From a virus (taxonomy: Duplodnaviria > Heunggongvirae > Uroviricota > Caudoviricetes), in the IMG/VR virus record IMGVR_UViG_2703718872_000034: a DNA stretch of 37,292 nt. One strand, given 5' to 3'. Both the position numbers and the translations under genes were made by a program. The notes below the pieces were generated by a model. The model did not search any database. It worked only from the letters and a program-made list of their open reading frames with translations, and was not told where the DNA came from. Of the stretch, positions 8,678 to 17,076 are shown one piece after another (the stretch's first letter is position 1; the number at the start of each line of letters is the position of its first letter).

Positions 8678-9103
8678 ATGGCAGAAACTCAGATGAGCAT
8701 GTTTGGTGGTGACAGTGAGCAACTGCACGCCCTTATCGACCGCCTTGATGACATCCCTGATGATGTTCTCAAAAAGAACTGGCCGCGGACCCTGTCTGAA
8801 CTGGTTGAAGTCACCGGCGCAGAACTTCAGCGTCAGGGGATTGAGCCGGTACTGGCCGGTAAACTGGCACGCAAGGTGGCTGCGGCTCAGGCAGCCTATA
8901 TGGGCGGACGGGGTTATTACCTGCCGGTCGGGGAATCTCTCTTTGCCGAGCTGCGAAACAATGAGATATTTTCGCGCTGGGACCGGGGCGAGAAGATTGA
9001 ATCCCTTCGCCGCCATTACCGGATGTCAGAAACCCAGATTTATACCGTCATACGTGAACAGCGCCGTCTGCATCTGGCAAGAACGCAACCGCCACTTTTC
9101 TGA
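8678..9103 (+). CDS. Mor/C-family transcriptional activator of middle/late genes
   Basis: 141 aa; C-terminal HTH-like segment SLRRHYRMSETQIYTVIREQRR typical of Mor/C family; located just upstream of lys; GGAGG RBS; cannot decide between Mor and C. Confidence 0.7.
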   Translation: MAETQMSMFGGDSEQLHALIDRLDDIPDDVLKKNWPRTLSELVEVTGAELQRQGIEPVLAGKLARKVAAAQAAYMGGRGYYLPVGESLFAELRNNEIFSRWDRGEKIESLRRHYRMSETQIYTVIREQRRLHLARTQPPLF

Positions 9104-9174
9104 TATTCCGCAAAGCCTGCCGCCTTTCCTTCACCGTTACGCTGACTCAGAGAACATCATGAGACAGCGTAACA

Positions 9175-9675
9175 ATGCCAAAACTCCCCGCACCACTGCG
9201 TAAAAAGCTGATTGCCCTTGTTCTGGCCGGTGCCGGGACGTTCACGATTGCCACGCATTACACCGGTTACTGGGAAGGGAAAGAAAACTCCACGTATATC
9301 GATCCCACCGGTACACCCACCATCTGTTACGGCCATACCGGCCCGGATGTGAAACCGGGTATGACCCTGACGGATGAAGAATGTCTGAAACTGCTGGAAA
9401 AGGACATGAAATGGGCCTTTGCGGCCATTGATCGGCGTGTTCAGGTGCCGCTTACCCGTGGTCAGACGGTGGCGCTGGCTTCGTGGATCTTCTGGGCCGG
9501 TGAAACGAACTTTCGCAACTCCACGCTTCTGCGCCTGATCAATGCCGGACAGATGCCCGCGTCCTGTAAGCAGTATATCCGCTGGATTTATTCAAAGGGG
9601 GTGAAACTTCCCGGCCTTGAGGCCCGCCGTTCGGCGGATGAATGGTTATGTCGCTACGACTTGCCGAAAGTCTGA
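9175..9675 (+). CDS. lys: SAR endolysin (phage lysozyme, T4-lysozyme-like fold)
   Basis: 166 aa; N-terminal hydrophobic signal-anchor LIALVLAGAGTFTIA then E...D...T catalytic spacing (WEGKE, YID, TGTPT). Confidence 0.85.
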   Translation: MPKLPAPLRKKLIALVLAGAGTFTIATHYTGYWEGKENSTYIDPTGTPTICYGHTGPDVKPGMTLTDEECLKLLEKDMKWAFAAIDRRVQVPLTRGQTVALASWIFWAGETNFRNSTLLRLINAGQMPASCKQYIRWIYSKGVKLPGLEARRSADEWLCRYDLPKV

Positions 9676-9748
9676 ACCGCTTCTGGCGACCGCTCATGAT
9701 AGCGCTGCTGTGTGCGGTACTGCTGTTACGGGGTGTCCTGTGGCTGCG

Positions 9749-10138
9749 GTGAATAACGCCTTACCGGCCCTGATTGCCGGGGCGTGCATGGCGGCGCTGG
9801 GGACTATCGCTGTACTGGTTGCCGCGATATGGGGAATGCACCAGAAGACGCAGCGCCTTGAAGACAATAATCAGGTGCTTGTGCGTGAGCGGGATGAGGC
9901 GCGTCAGGTGCTGGCAAATCAGCAGCACACCCTGCAACTCATTTCACAAATCAGTGAGGCGGCCACGAATGAAAAACAACAGAACATTCAGCACAGCGAG
10001 GGGCAGCAGAGCGTTGTCCGCCGGTCGCTGGCAGCAGTGCCTGCGGCCTCTGCCCCTGTTCCTGATGATGTGGCTGATCGGGTGCGCCGGGCCGTCTGTG
10101 AAATACGTGCCTGTGAAGCCGGTGCCGATCCCCGCTGA
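9749..10138 (+). CDS. i-spanin (Rz-like), start uncertain
   Basis: N-terminal TM segment ALIAGACMAALGTIAVLVAAIW followed by Q/E/R-rich helical region; GTG at 9749 proposed, ATG at 9617 is the alternative. Confidence 0.45.
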   Translation: MNNALPALIAGACMAALGTIAVLVAAIWGMHQKTQRLEDNNQVLVRERDEARQVLANQQHTLQLISQISEAATNEKQQNIQHSEGQQSVVRRSLAAVPAASAPVPDDVADRVRRAVCEIRACEAGADPR

Positions 10139-10340
10139 ATGGCTGGCTGACTGCCTGGTCCCTCCTGCGCCGGAGCCGTTCACGTTTGGGGCATCGGTCA
10201 CTTACAACCTGCAACTGCTGGCGGTGATCAAGAACTGCAACGTGGACAAGGCCAGTATTCGTCGTCTGGAGGCGCGGCGACAACATGAATTTACTGATAT
10301 GGCCGGAACGCCTGCTGTTCCGGCAGGAAAGACGAAGTAA
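9969..10340 (+). CDS. o-spanin (Rz1-like outer-membrane lipoprotein), overlapping i-spanin in another frame
   Basis: Signal peptide ending in lipobox-like LIGC, Pro-rich mature region; overlapped spanin architecture. Confidence 0.55.
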   Translation: MKNNRTFSTARGSRALSAGRWQQCLRPLPLFLMMWLIGCAGPSVKYVPVKPVPIPAEWLADCLVPPAPEPFTFGASVTYNLQLLAVIKNCNVDKASIRRLEARRQHEFTDMAGTPAVPAGKTK

Positions 10341-10350
10341 GGAAAAAGGT

Positions 10351-10578
10351 ATGGATGATTCAGATCGTGCTCAGGCTGTGATGGAGCGGGGATCAGAACG
10401 CGCCCTTTGTAACCGGCTGACACGTAAGCGCCAGGCAATGGATGCTCCGGGCAGACGTGTCTGCGCGGACTGTGGCGGAGAGATCCCCGCCGCACGTCTT
10501 GTTGCTGTGCCGGATGCCATCCGTTGTGTGAACTGCCAGAACATCATGGAGGCCCGTCATGTGGGTCAGCATCGTTAA
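10351..10578 (+). CDS. TraR/DksA-family C4 zinc-finger protein
   Basis: 75 aa with CADCGGEIP...RCVNCQ (CxxC-x17-CxxC); RBS AAGGAAAAAGG before ATG 10351. Confidence 0.65.
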   Translation: MDDSDRAQAVMERGSERALCNRLTRKRQAMDAPGRRVCADCGGEIPAARLVAVPDAIRCVNCQNIMEARHVGQHR

Positions 10579-10867
10579 AGATTATGTTGTGCCGATCCTT
10601 TCGGCGACGGCAACCGCTGGCGGGATATTCATGGCGCTGATGCGCAAAACGTTTGTCCCCCGCGAGGCCTTTGAAAAACTCTCCGACCGCGTTGAGAAGG
10701 TGGAAACCCGCCTGTCGTCACTGCCGACAGAAGCCGAGGTCAACCGTCTGAATGTGGAAATCGTGACCCTGCGGGGTGAACTGAAAACCACGAACGCCAC
10801 GCTCCGCTCTGTCTCCTATCAGAACGAACTGCTGCTGGAGCAGGCTGTAAGGAAAAAAACACAATGA
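10559..10867 (+). CDS. membrane protein with N-terminal TM helix and C-terminal coiled coil (Mu gp25-like position)
   Basis: 102 aa; hydrophobic N-terminus VVPILSATATAGGIFMALM; follows TraR-like gene as in Mu. Confidence 0.5.
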   Translation: MWVSIVKDYVVPILSATATAGGIFMALMRKTFVPREAFEKLSDRVEKVETRLSSLPTEAEVNRLNVEIVTLRGELKTTNATLRSVSYQNELLLEQAVRKKTQ

Positions 10868-11154
10868 GTGATTTCATTACTGAAGATCAGCGTCTTGTCA
10901 TTCTGCGGTCGCTGGCGGATTACAACGGCGAACTGGGTGAATCCGTGCTCCAGGACTGTCTGGATGATTACGGTCACCGCGTGTCCCGCGACACCGTTCA
11001 TACTCATATTGCCTGGCTTGCCGAGCAGGGGCTGGTGCGTAAGCGCACGCTCGTTAATGGTTATTTCATCGCTGAACTGACCGGCCGGGGTCAGGATGTG
11101 GCGGAAGGCCGCGCCACCGTTCCGGGTGTGAAGAAACCACGCGCAAGGGGGTAA
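10864..11154 (+). CDS. hypothetical protein (Mu gp26-like position)
   Basis: 96-aa ORF with ATGA overlap to previous gene. Confidence 0.5.
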   Translation: MSDFITEDQRLVILRSLADYNGELGESVLQDCLDDYGHRVSRDTVHTHIAWLAEQGLVRKRTLVNGYFIAELTGRGQDVAEGRATVPGVKKPRARG

Positions 11155-11156
11155 CG

Positions 11157-11738
11157 ATGGATAAGCCAACGCGTGGCCGTGTACGCAAGGTGGACTTGCT
11201 CCCCGACAGCATCCGTAAGCCACTGCTGGAAATGCTGCGTGAAAAACGTCTGACGCAGGTCCAGATACGCGAGGAAATCAACCGTCTGATCCGTGAGGCG
11301 GGCCTGCCGGAAGAGCAGCAGCTTTCACCGGCGGCCATCAGCCGGGAAGCCTCCCGTAATGAGCTGATTGCCCGTAACCTGCGTGATTTACGCGAGCAGA
11401 CAAAAGCCATGATGGCCGAACTGGGGGACAAGCCGACCGGTGAAACCACTGCACTGATTCTGGAAATGTCCCGCGCCCTGATGTACCGCCGTCTGCGTGC
11501 CGCAACCGAATCCCTGAACAGTGACAGCGACGTGGATATGCGTCTTATTAAGGACATCCTCCTGTCAGCACAGCGTGCGGAAAGTGCCGCCGAGCGCAGC
11601 ATTAAGCGTGAAAAAGAAATCCGGGCCGCATTTGCTGAAGAGATGGCAAACGCGGTCACCGACGAGCTGCGCGGCGTGGACGGGATGAGTGAACAGCTTG
11701 AGTCCCGTATTAAGGGAATTCTGTTGGGTAAAGCCTGA
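11157..11738 (+). CDS. terminase small subunit-like protein (Mu gp27-like)
   Basis: 193 aa, highly charged, immediately upstream of large terminase with overlapping stop/start. Confidence 0.6.
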   Translation: MDKPTRGRVRKVDLLPDSIRKPLLEMLREKRLTQVQIREEINRLIREAGLPEEQQLSPAAISREASRNELIARNLRDLREQTKAMMAELGDKPTGETTALILEMSRALMYRRLRAATESLNSDSDVDMRLIKDILLSAQRAESAAERSIKREKEIRAAFAEEMANAVTDELRGVDGMSEQLESRIKGILLGKA

Positions 11739-13402
11739 TGAATAACGCCGAAGAACTCTCCCCCTTACTGACGAATACCGTCTCCACCCGCAAAATTGAT
11801 CTGGCCGGTGAAAAAGCCCTGCTGGGCGTGGATGTGCCGGACAGCCTTGATTTGCCCGGTGATATGCCGGTGTTTCTGGATTATCAGGCCCGCTGGTTTG
11901 AGGATGAAAGCGAAGTCTGCATCGCGGAAAAATCCCGACGCACCGGGCTTACCTGGGCGGAAGCCGGGCGTAACGTCATTACCGCTGCAAAACCGAAGCG
12001 GCGTGGTGGCCGCAATGTGTTTTATGTGGGGTCAAAGCAGGAGATGGCACTGGAATATATTTCTGCCTGCGCACTGTTCTCCCGTGCCTTTAACCAGCTG
12101 GCCGATGCTGATGTGTATGAGCAGACCTTCTGGGATCGGGATAAAAAAGAAGAAATTCTGACCTACATGATCCGCTTTCCGAACAGTGGATTCAAAATTC
12201 AGGCACTGTCTTCCCGTCCGTCAAACCTGCGCGGCCTTCAGGGGGATGTGGTGATTGATGAAGCCGCGTTCCACGAGTCACTGGATGAGCTTCTCAAGGC
12301 GGCAATGGCGCTCACCATGTGGGGCGCGCGCGTGCGTATTATCTCCACGCATAACGGCGTCGATAATCTGTTTAATCAGTACATTCAGGAAGCCCGCGAG
12401 GGACGCAAGGATTACAGTGTCCACCGCATAACCCTGGATGATGCCATTGCGGACGGGCTGTACCGTCGTATCTGTTATGTCACCGGCCGCGAATGGTCAC
12501 CGGAAAGCGAGCAGAAGTGGCGTGATGATCTCTACAAAAACGCCCCGACCCGTGAGGATGCCGACGAGGAATACGGCTGTATCCCGAAAAAATCCGGCGG
12601 TGCCTATATTCCTCACGCGCTTATTGAAATGGCGATGATCCGCGACATCCCGATTCTGACGTTTGAAGCCCCGGACGACTTCATCAGCCGTGCCGCATGG
12701 CTGCGTGAATCGGAGGTTTTAACCTGGTGTGAAGAACATTTAAAACCGCTTTTAGAGGCGTTAAATCCCCGTTCCCGCTTCAGCTTCGGGGAAGACTTTG
12801 CCCGCACCGGTGACCTCTCCTGCTTTGTGCTGCTGGAAATCACTGAATCCCTGGCAAAACGCGAGGTGTTTCGCGTGGAGCTGCGTAACCTGCCATATGC
12901 CCAGCAGGAGCAGGTGATGATGTACATCCTGACCCGCGTTCCGGCGCTGGTCGGTGCGGCGTTCGACGCCACCGGTAACGGCGGCTATCTGGCCGAAGCC
13001 GCGCTGCTGGCCTTTGGCCCGGACATCATCGACTGCGTGATGTTATCGCCGAAGTGGTACGGCGAGTGGATGCCAAAACTGAAGGCCGAGTTTGAGGATC
13101 AGAATATCCTCGTCGCCCGCCATCAGACCACGCTTGATGATTTGCGCCATGTGAAGGTGGTGAACGGTATCCCGCAAATCGACAAGGGGCGTACGAAGGA
13201 CCAGAACGCAACGGCTGTGAACGCCCGCCGCCATGGTGATTTTGCCGTGGCGCTCTGTATGGCAAACCGGGCGTCATACATGGAGGGCTTCATCCTGGAT
13301 GAATCAGCCTGTCAGGCGCTGCCGGAGCGGTCGCGGGCAATGGAGGGCGGTTATCGTGATGACGATGAGGCATATCATGAATTTGATCGGGGGTGCTGGT
13401 AG
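11738..13402 (+). CDS. terminase large subunit
   Basis: 554 aa; position and size as Mu gp28; ATPase/nuclease-type layout, e.g. VVIDEAAFH segment. Confidence 0.85.
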   Translation: MNNAEELSPLLTNTVSTRKIDLAGEKALLGVDVPDSLDLPGDMPVFLDYQARWFEDESEVCIAEKSRRTGLTWAEAGRNVITAAKPKRRGGRNVFYVGSKQEMALEYISACALFSRAFNQLADADVYEQTFWDRDKKEEILTYMIRFPNSGFKIQALSSRPSNLRGLQGDVVIDEAAFHESLDELLKAAMALTMWGARVRIISTHNGVDNLFNQYIQEAREGRKDYSVHRITLDDAIADGLYRRICYVTGREWSPESEQKWRDDLYKNAPTREDADEEYGCIPKKSGGAYIPHALIEMAMIRDIPILTFEAPDDFISRAAWLRESEVLTWCEEHLKPLLEALNPRSRFSFGEDFARTGDLSCFVLLEITESLAKREVFRVELRNLPYAQQEQVMMYILTRVPALVGAAFDATGNGGYLAEAALLAFGPDIIDCVMLSPKWYGEWMPKLKAEFEDQNILVARHQTTLDDLRHVKVVNGIPQIDKGRTKDQNATAVNARRHGDFAVALCMANRASYMEGFILDESACQALPERSRAMEGGYRDDDEAYHEFDRGCW

Positions 13403-14991
13403 TGGGACGCATAATTGATCTTGACGGAAAACCTTTCTCCTTTGACCCGGAGATGCAGAGTGCCGTGCTGGATATTCCGCAGATTGCCAGCCGTTATATT
13501 GAACATCCGGCCTCGGGTATCACCCCGAACCGGGCGGCACAGTGCCTTCGCGGGGCTGAACGTGGCGATCTGATTGCCCAGTCCGATCTGGCCGCTGACA
13601 TTGAAGAAAAGGATACCCACCTTTTTGCAGAGCTGGGCAAGCGACGTCTTTCCATTCAGGGCGTGCCCTGGAGTATTGAGCCGCCACCGAACGCCAGCGC
13701 GAATGAGAAAAAGGACGCGGAAATGCTCGACGAATATCTGCATTCCGCCGACTGGTTTGATGCCATGCTGTTTGATGCCACCGATGCCATCCTGAAGGGC
13801 TATTCCTGCATGGAGATTGAGCACGGGATGCTCGGTAAAATGCACATCATCCGCGCCATCCGCTGGCGTGACAGCGGGCATTTCTGCCTAAACCCGGATG
13901 ATTTGAGCGAACTGCGGCTGCGTGACGGCAGCCATGCCGGGGTGGCGTTTCAGCCCTTTGGCTGGATAGTGCATCAGTCACGTTCACGCACCGGCTACGG
14001 TGGTGCGACGGGGCTTGTCAGAACGCTTATCTGGCCGTTCATTTTCAAAAACTATTCCGTGCGCGATCTGGCTGAATTTCTGGAGGTGTACGGCCTGCCG
14101 ATGAAGGTCGGTAAATACCCGTCCGGGGCAACGCCGGAGCAGAAAAGCGCCCTGATGCGGGCGGTGATGGATATCGGGCGACGTACAGGCGGGATCATCC
14201 CGGCCGGGATGTCGCTGGAGTTTCAGGCGGCAGCGAACGGTCAGGCTGATCCGTTTGAAACCATGATTTCGTGGGGGGAGCGTTCCATCTCTAAAGCTAT
14301 CCTCGGCGGCACGCTGACCACGGAAGCCGGAGACAAAGGCGCGCGCTCGCTGGGTGAAGTGCATAACGAGGTGCGCCGGGAAATCAGGGATTCTGATTTA
14401 CGTCAGCTGGCCGCCACGCTGAACCGCGATCTGGTGTATCCGCTGTATGCCCTGAACACCGCCCACGCCATAGATATCCGTCGCCTGCCGCGTATCTGTT
14501 TCCAGACAAAAGAGCCAGGGGATATCACCAAAATCACCAGTGCGGTGATGCAGCTCAGTACGGGGATGGATATTCCTGATCCCTGGGTACGGGACCAGAC
14601 CGGTATTCCACAGCCTGCCCCCGGTGAAGCCATCTTCCGTGTCCGGCAGAGTGGCAATGAACCTGCTCAGACAGACAAAGAGATGCCACCGGGAAAACAG
14701 GAGAAGACAGAGCAGACAGCGCTGGCTGCCAGACTGCCGGAAGCAAAAAGCACGCCCCGTGATGAACTGGACGACATGGGGGATGCGGTGCCTGCCCGCC
14801 TGTTACAGGAGGCCATAGACCCGGTGCTTGAGCCGGTCATTGATGCCATCAGAACGCGGGGGCTGGCGGAGGCACTGGCAGACCTGCCTGCCCTTTACCG
14901 TGAAATGGATGATTCCCGCCTGATGACGCTGCTCAGTGATGCCATGTTCGCTGCGGAAATGAAGGGGATGCTGGATGGCACAGGGGATTGA
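13393..14991 (+). CDS. portal protein (Mu gp29-like)
   Basis: 532 aa ORF after terminase; GTG start at 13393 inferred from track. Confidence 0.8.
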   Translation: MLVVGRIIDLDGKPFSFDPEMQSAVLDIPQIASRYIEHPASGITPNRAAQCLRGAERGDLIAQSDLAADIEEKDTHLFAELGKRRLSIQGVPWSIEPPPNASANEKKDAEMLDEYLHSADWFDAMLFDATDAILKGYSCMEIEHGMLGKMHIIRAIRWRDSGHFCLNPDDLSELRLRDGSHAGVAFQPFGWIVHQSRSRTGYGGATGLVRTLIWPFIFKNYSVRDLAEFLEVYGLPMKVGKYPSGATPEQKSALMRAVMDIGRRTGGIIPAGMSLEFQAAANGQADPFETMISWGERSISKAILGGTLTTEAGDKGARSLGEVHNEVRREIRDSDLRQLAATLNRDLVYPLYALNTAHAIDIRRLPRICFQTKEPGDITKITSAVMQLSTGMDIPDPWVRDQTGIPQPAPGEAIFRVRQSGNEPAQTDKEMPPGKQEKTEQTALAARLPEAKSTPRDELDDMGDAVPARLLQEAIDPVLEPVIDAIRTRGLAEALADLPALYREMDDSRLMTLLSDAMFAAEMKGMLDGTGD

Positions 14992-16306
14992 TTTAGGTTA
15001 TGCCGCCACCCTTCCCTCAAAAGAGGCGGTGGCATACTTCCGCGCCAAAGGGGCGCATATCAGCTGGAACTGGTTCGAAACAAACGCAGATGTTCATGCC
15101 CGTTCGTTCACGGCGGCAAAAGCGGCACGCCTGGACGTACTGACCACACTACAGGCGGAAGTGCAACGGGGCATTGATGAGGGGATTTCACAGAAAGCAT
15201 TTATCCGCACACTGACCCCCCGCCTGCAAAAGCTGGGATGGTGGGGAAAGCAGATTGTGGTGGACAGCGCCGGTAACGCAGAAGAAGTGCAGCTGGGCAG
15301 TCCCCGCCGTCTGGCGCTGATTTACAACGTGAACACCCGCGTGGCTTACAATGCCGGGCGTTACACGCAGATTATGAACAACACGGACACGCATCCGTTC
15401 TGGCAGTATGTGGCGGTGATGGACAGCCGCACCCGCCCGGCGCATTCCGCCCTTAACGGTCTGGTATTCCGCTATGACGATCCGTTCTGGAATACACACT
15501 ACCCGCCCAATGGCTGGAACTGTCGCTGCCGTGTCCGGCCATTGTCTCAGGCCCGTCTGGATGCGATGGGACTGTCTGTTTCATCCGGTCAGGATCATCT
15601 ATCCACCCGCAATGTTGAGGCTGGCGTGGATAAGCAGACCGGGGAAGTCAGAGAAATGCCGGTGACCACATATTCAGATGGCACCAGAACCATGACACCG
15701 GATGTGGGCTGGTCATATAACCCCGGTTCGGCGGCGTTCGGCACAGACCAGGCGCTGATCCGTAAACTGATCGAGGTGAAAAGCCCGGCGTTACGGGAAA
15801 TGGTGGTTCAGGAGATGAACAACAGCCCGGAGCGGCAGCTGGCGTTCCGCATCTGGGCAAAAAACATCATGAAAACCCGGCGAGGCGGTAACGATATCCG
15901 CACGCTGGGCTTTATGACCGAAAGTATTGCGCAGGCGGTGGAAAGCCGGACAGGAACGCCACCGGCCCGCCTGCTGGCGATGAGCGGTAAAAATGTGCTC
16001 CATGCGGACAGCATGAAACATCAGAATGACGGTATCGCCCTGACGCCGGAGGATTTCGGGCGATTACCGGCAATGCTGGCAACGCCAAAAGCGGTACTGT
16101 GGGATAAACGCCACAACAATCTGATGTATATCGTGGAAAGTAAGGATGGCAGTGTGCAGATTGCCGTTAATGCGCCGTACAGCCTGAAGCGTCAGCCGGA
16201 TAAACTGGATGTGATTGTGAATGCTTACCGGGTTATCAATATGGATAAGCTGAAATCGGATATCCGGGGCGGAATGCTTGAGGTACTGGAAGGCGATATT
16301 GATTAA
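14975..16306 (+). CDS. head morphogenesis protein, Mu F-like
   Basis: 443 aa; conserved F-family region ...YNAGRYTQI...WQYVAVMDSRTRPAH...GWNCRCR... Confidence 0.85.
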   Translation: MAQGIDLGYAATLPSKEAVAYFRAKGAHISWNWFETNADVHARSFTAAKAARLDVLTTLQAEVQRGIDEGISQKAFIRTLTPRLQKLGWWGKQIVVDSAGNAEEVQLGSPRRLALIYNVNTRVAYNAGRYTQIMNNTDTHPFWQYVAVMDSRTRPAHSALNGLVFRYDDPFWNTHYPPNGWNCRCRVRPLSQARLDAMGLSVSSGQDHLSTRNVEAGVDKQTGEVREMPVTTYSDGTRTMTPDVGWSYNPGSAAFGTDQALIRKLIEVKSPALREMVVQEMNNSPERQLAFRIWAKNIMKTRRGGNDIRTLGFMTESIAQAVESRTGTPPARLLAMSGKNVLHADSMKHQNDGIALTPEDFGRLPAMLATPKAVLWDKRHNNLMYIVESKDGSVQIAVNAPYSLKRQPDKLDVIVNAYRVINMDKLKSDIRGGMLEVLEGDID

Positions 16307-16427
16307 CGGTCAGTGGCGGGGGTCGAACCCGCATACATGATCCACCCGGAGGCAGGCACCGACTTTACCAGTTAAGCGTACACTGACCGCCTGTTTATTT
16401 TATATTCATCCTTTATGCGGAGGCAAT

Positions 16428-16901
16428 ATGTCATCCATTGATGCCGCTGTCGTTGTTGACGTTACGCGTCTCCAGCGGGTCTTTGCCCGGCTTCAGTTTG
16501 TGGGTGGCGGGAAAGACCTGGCCCGCAGTGTGGCGTCCAGCCTTCTGTCATCCTCAGAAATGGCGTTTGAACAGGAAAAAGAGCCGGACGGCGAACGCTG
16601 GCATGACTGGTCAGATCCTTACCGCAAGTGGCGTACCCGTAAGGGATACATGCCCGGCAAAATCCTGACGCTGAACGGCGATCTGGCCCGACGCCTGACC
16701 ACGGATTATGGCGATACCTGGGCGCTGATTGGATCAAATGAGCCTTATGCGGCCATTCATCAGTGGGGTGGCCTGCCAGGTATGCCGCCTGGACCGGCGG
16801 CCATTGGTGCACGTCCGTATATGGGTTTTGATCAGGTGGCAGAGCAGGAGATCATGGACGAAATCAGAAAACGCTTTAAAAAGGCCACAGAAACACCTTA
16901 A
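16428..16901 (+). CDS. virion morphogenesis protein, Mu G-like (gp31)
   Basis: 157 aa; position after F; GGAGG RBS. Confidence 0.7.
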   Translation: MSSIDAAVVVDVTRLQRVFARLQFVGGGKDLARSVASSLLSSSEMAFEQEKEPDGERWHDWSDPYRKWRTRKGYMPGKILTLNGDLARRLTTDYGDTWALIGSNEPYAAIHQWGGLPGMPPGPAAIGARPYMGFDQVAEQEIMDEIRKRFKKATETP

Positions 16902-17076
16902 TTGTTTAAGGTATGCAAATGCATTACCTTACCCCCTTCAGGCGCGTGTCGTGATTTTCTAACCTGTATTTAACGGGCTTTAAAATCTGCGTGAAGCGCC
17001 TTTGCATTTTTCCCTGAAAATACTTCCTGAAATCCCGCAAAACCCGCCCTGAAAATTCCCGGCTTATGCTGCCGGT
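16902..17076. promoter_or_regulatory. G-I intergenic region: candidate late promoter region and candidate central strong gyrase site
   Basis: 175-bp non-coding gap with three CCTGAAA(A)T direct repeats; Mu has its strong gyrase site and the I-operon late promoter in the G-I intergenic region near the genome centre. Confidence 0.4.

Noticed and set aside
8703-9203. 166-aa + strand ORF overlapping the Mor/C-family gene in another frame
   Set aside because: Same-strand alternative frame with no RBS and low-complexity sequence; the Mor/C frame has a recognisable HTH and RBS.
9696-9752. 18-codon hydrophobic mini-ORF (MIALLCAVLLLRGVLWLR) just after the endolysin, considered as a possible holin remnant
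   Set aside because: Too short for a holin, no RBS, and the region is better explained as the 5' part or leader of the i-spanin gene.
11066-11659. 197-aa minus-strand ORF inside the terminase small subunit gene (Arg/Ser-rich)
   Set aside because: Low-complexity composition and complete antisense overlap with a well-supported + strand gene; typical shadow ORF in GC-rich coding DNA. The same reasoning applies to 7040..7600 (-), 17644..18207 (-), 27559..28416 (+), 28029..28481 (+), 33912..34337 (-) and 35410..35871 (-).
16308-16391. tRNA-like element on the minus strand between F and G genes (T-arm-like GCGGG-TTCGACC-CCCGC and 7-bp acceptor-like pairing GTCAGTG/CACTGAC)
   Set aside because: I could not fold a D-arm or anticodon stem by hand, the element is about 80 nt between acceptor strands (too long for a class I tRNA) and has no encoded CCA; most likely a coincidental hairpin or a degenerate fragment. 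A tRNA scanner would settle it.
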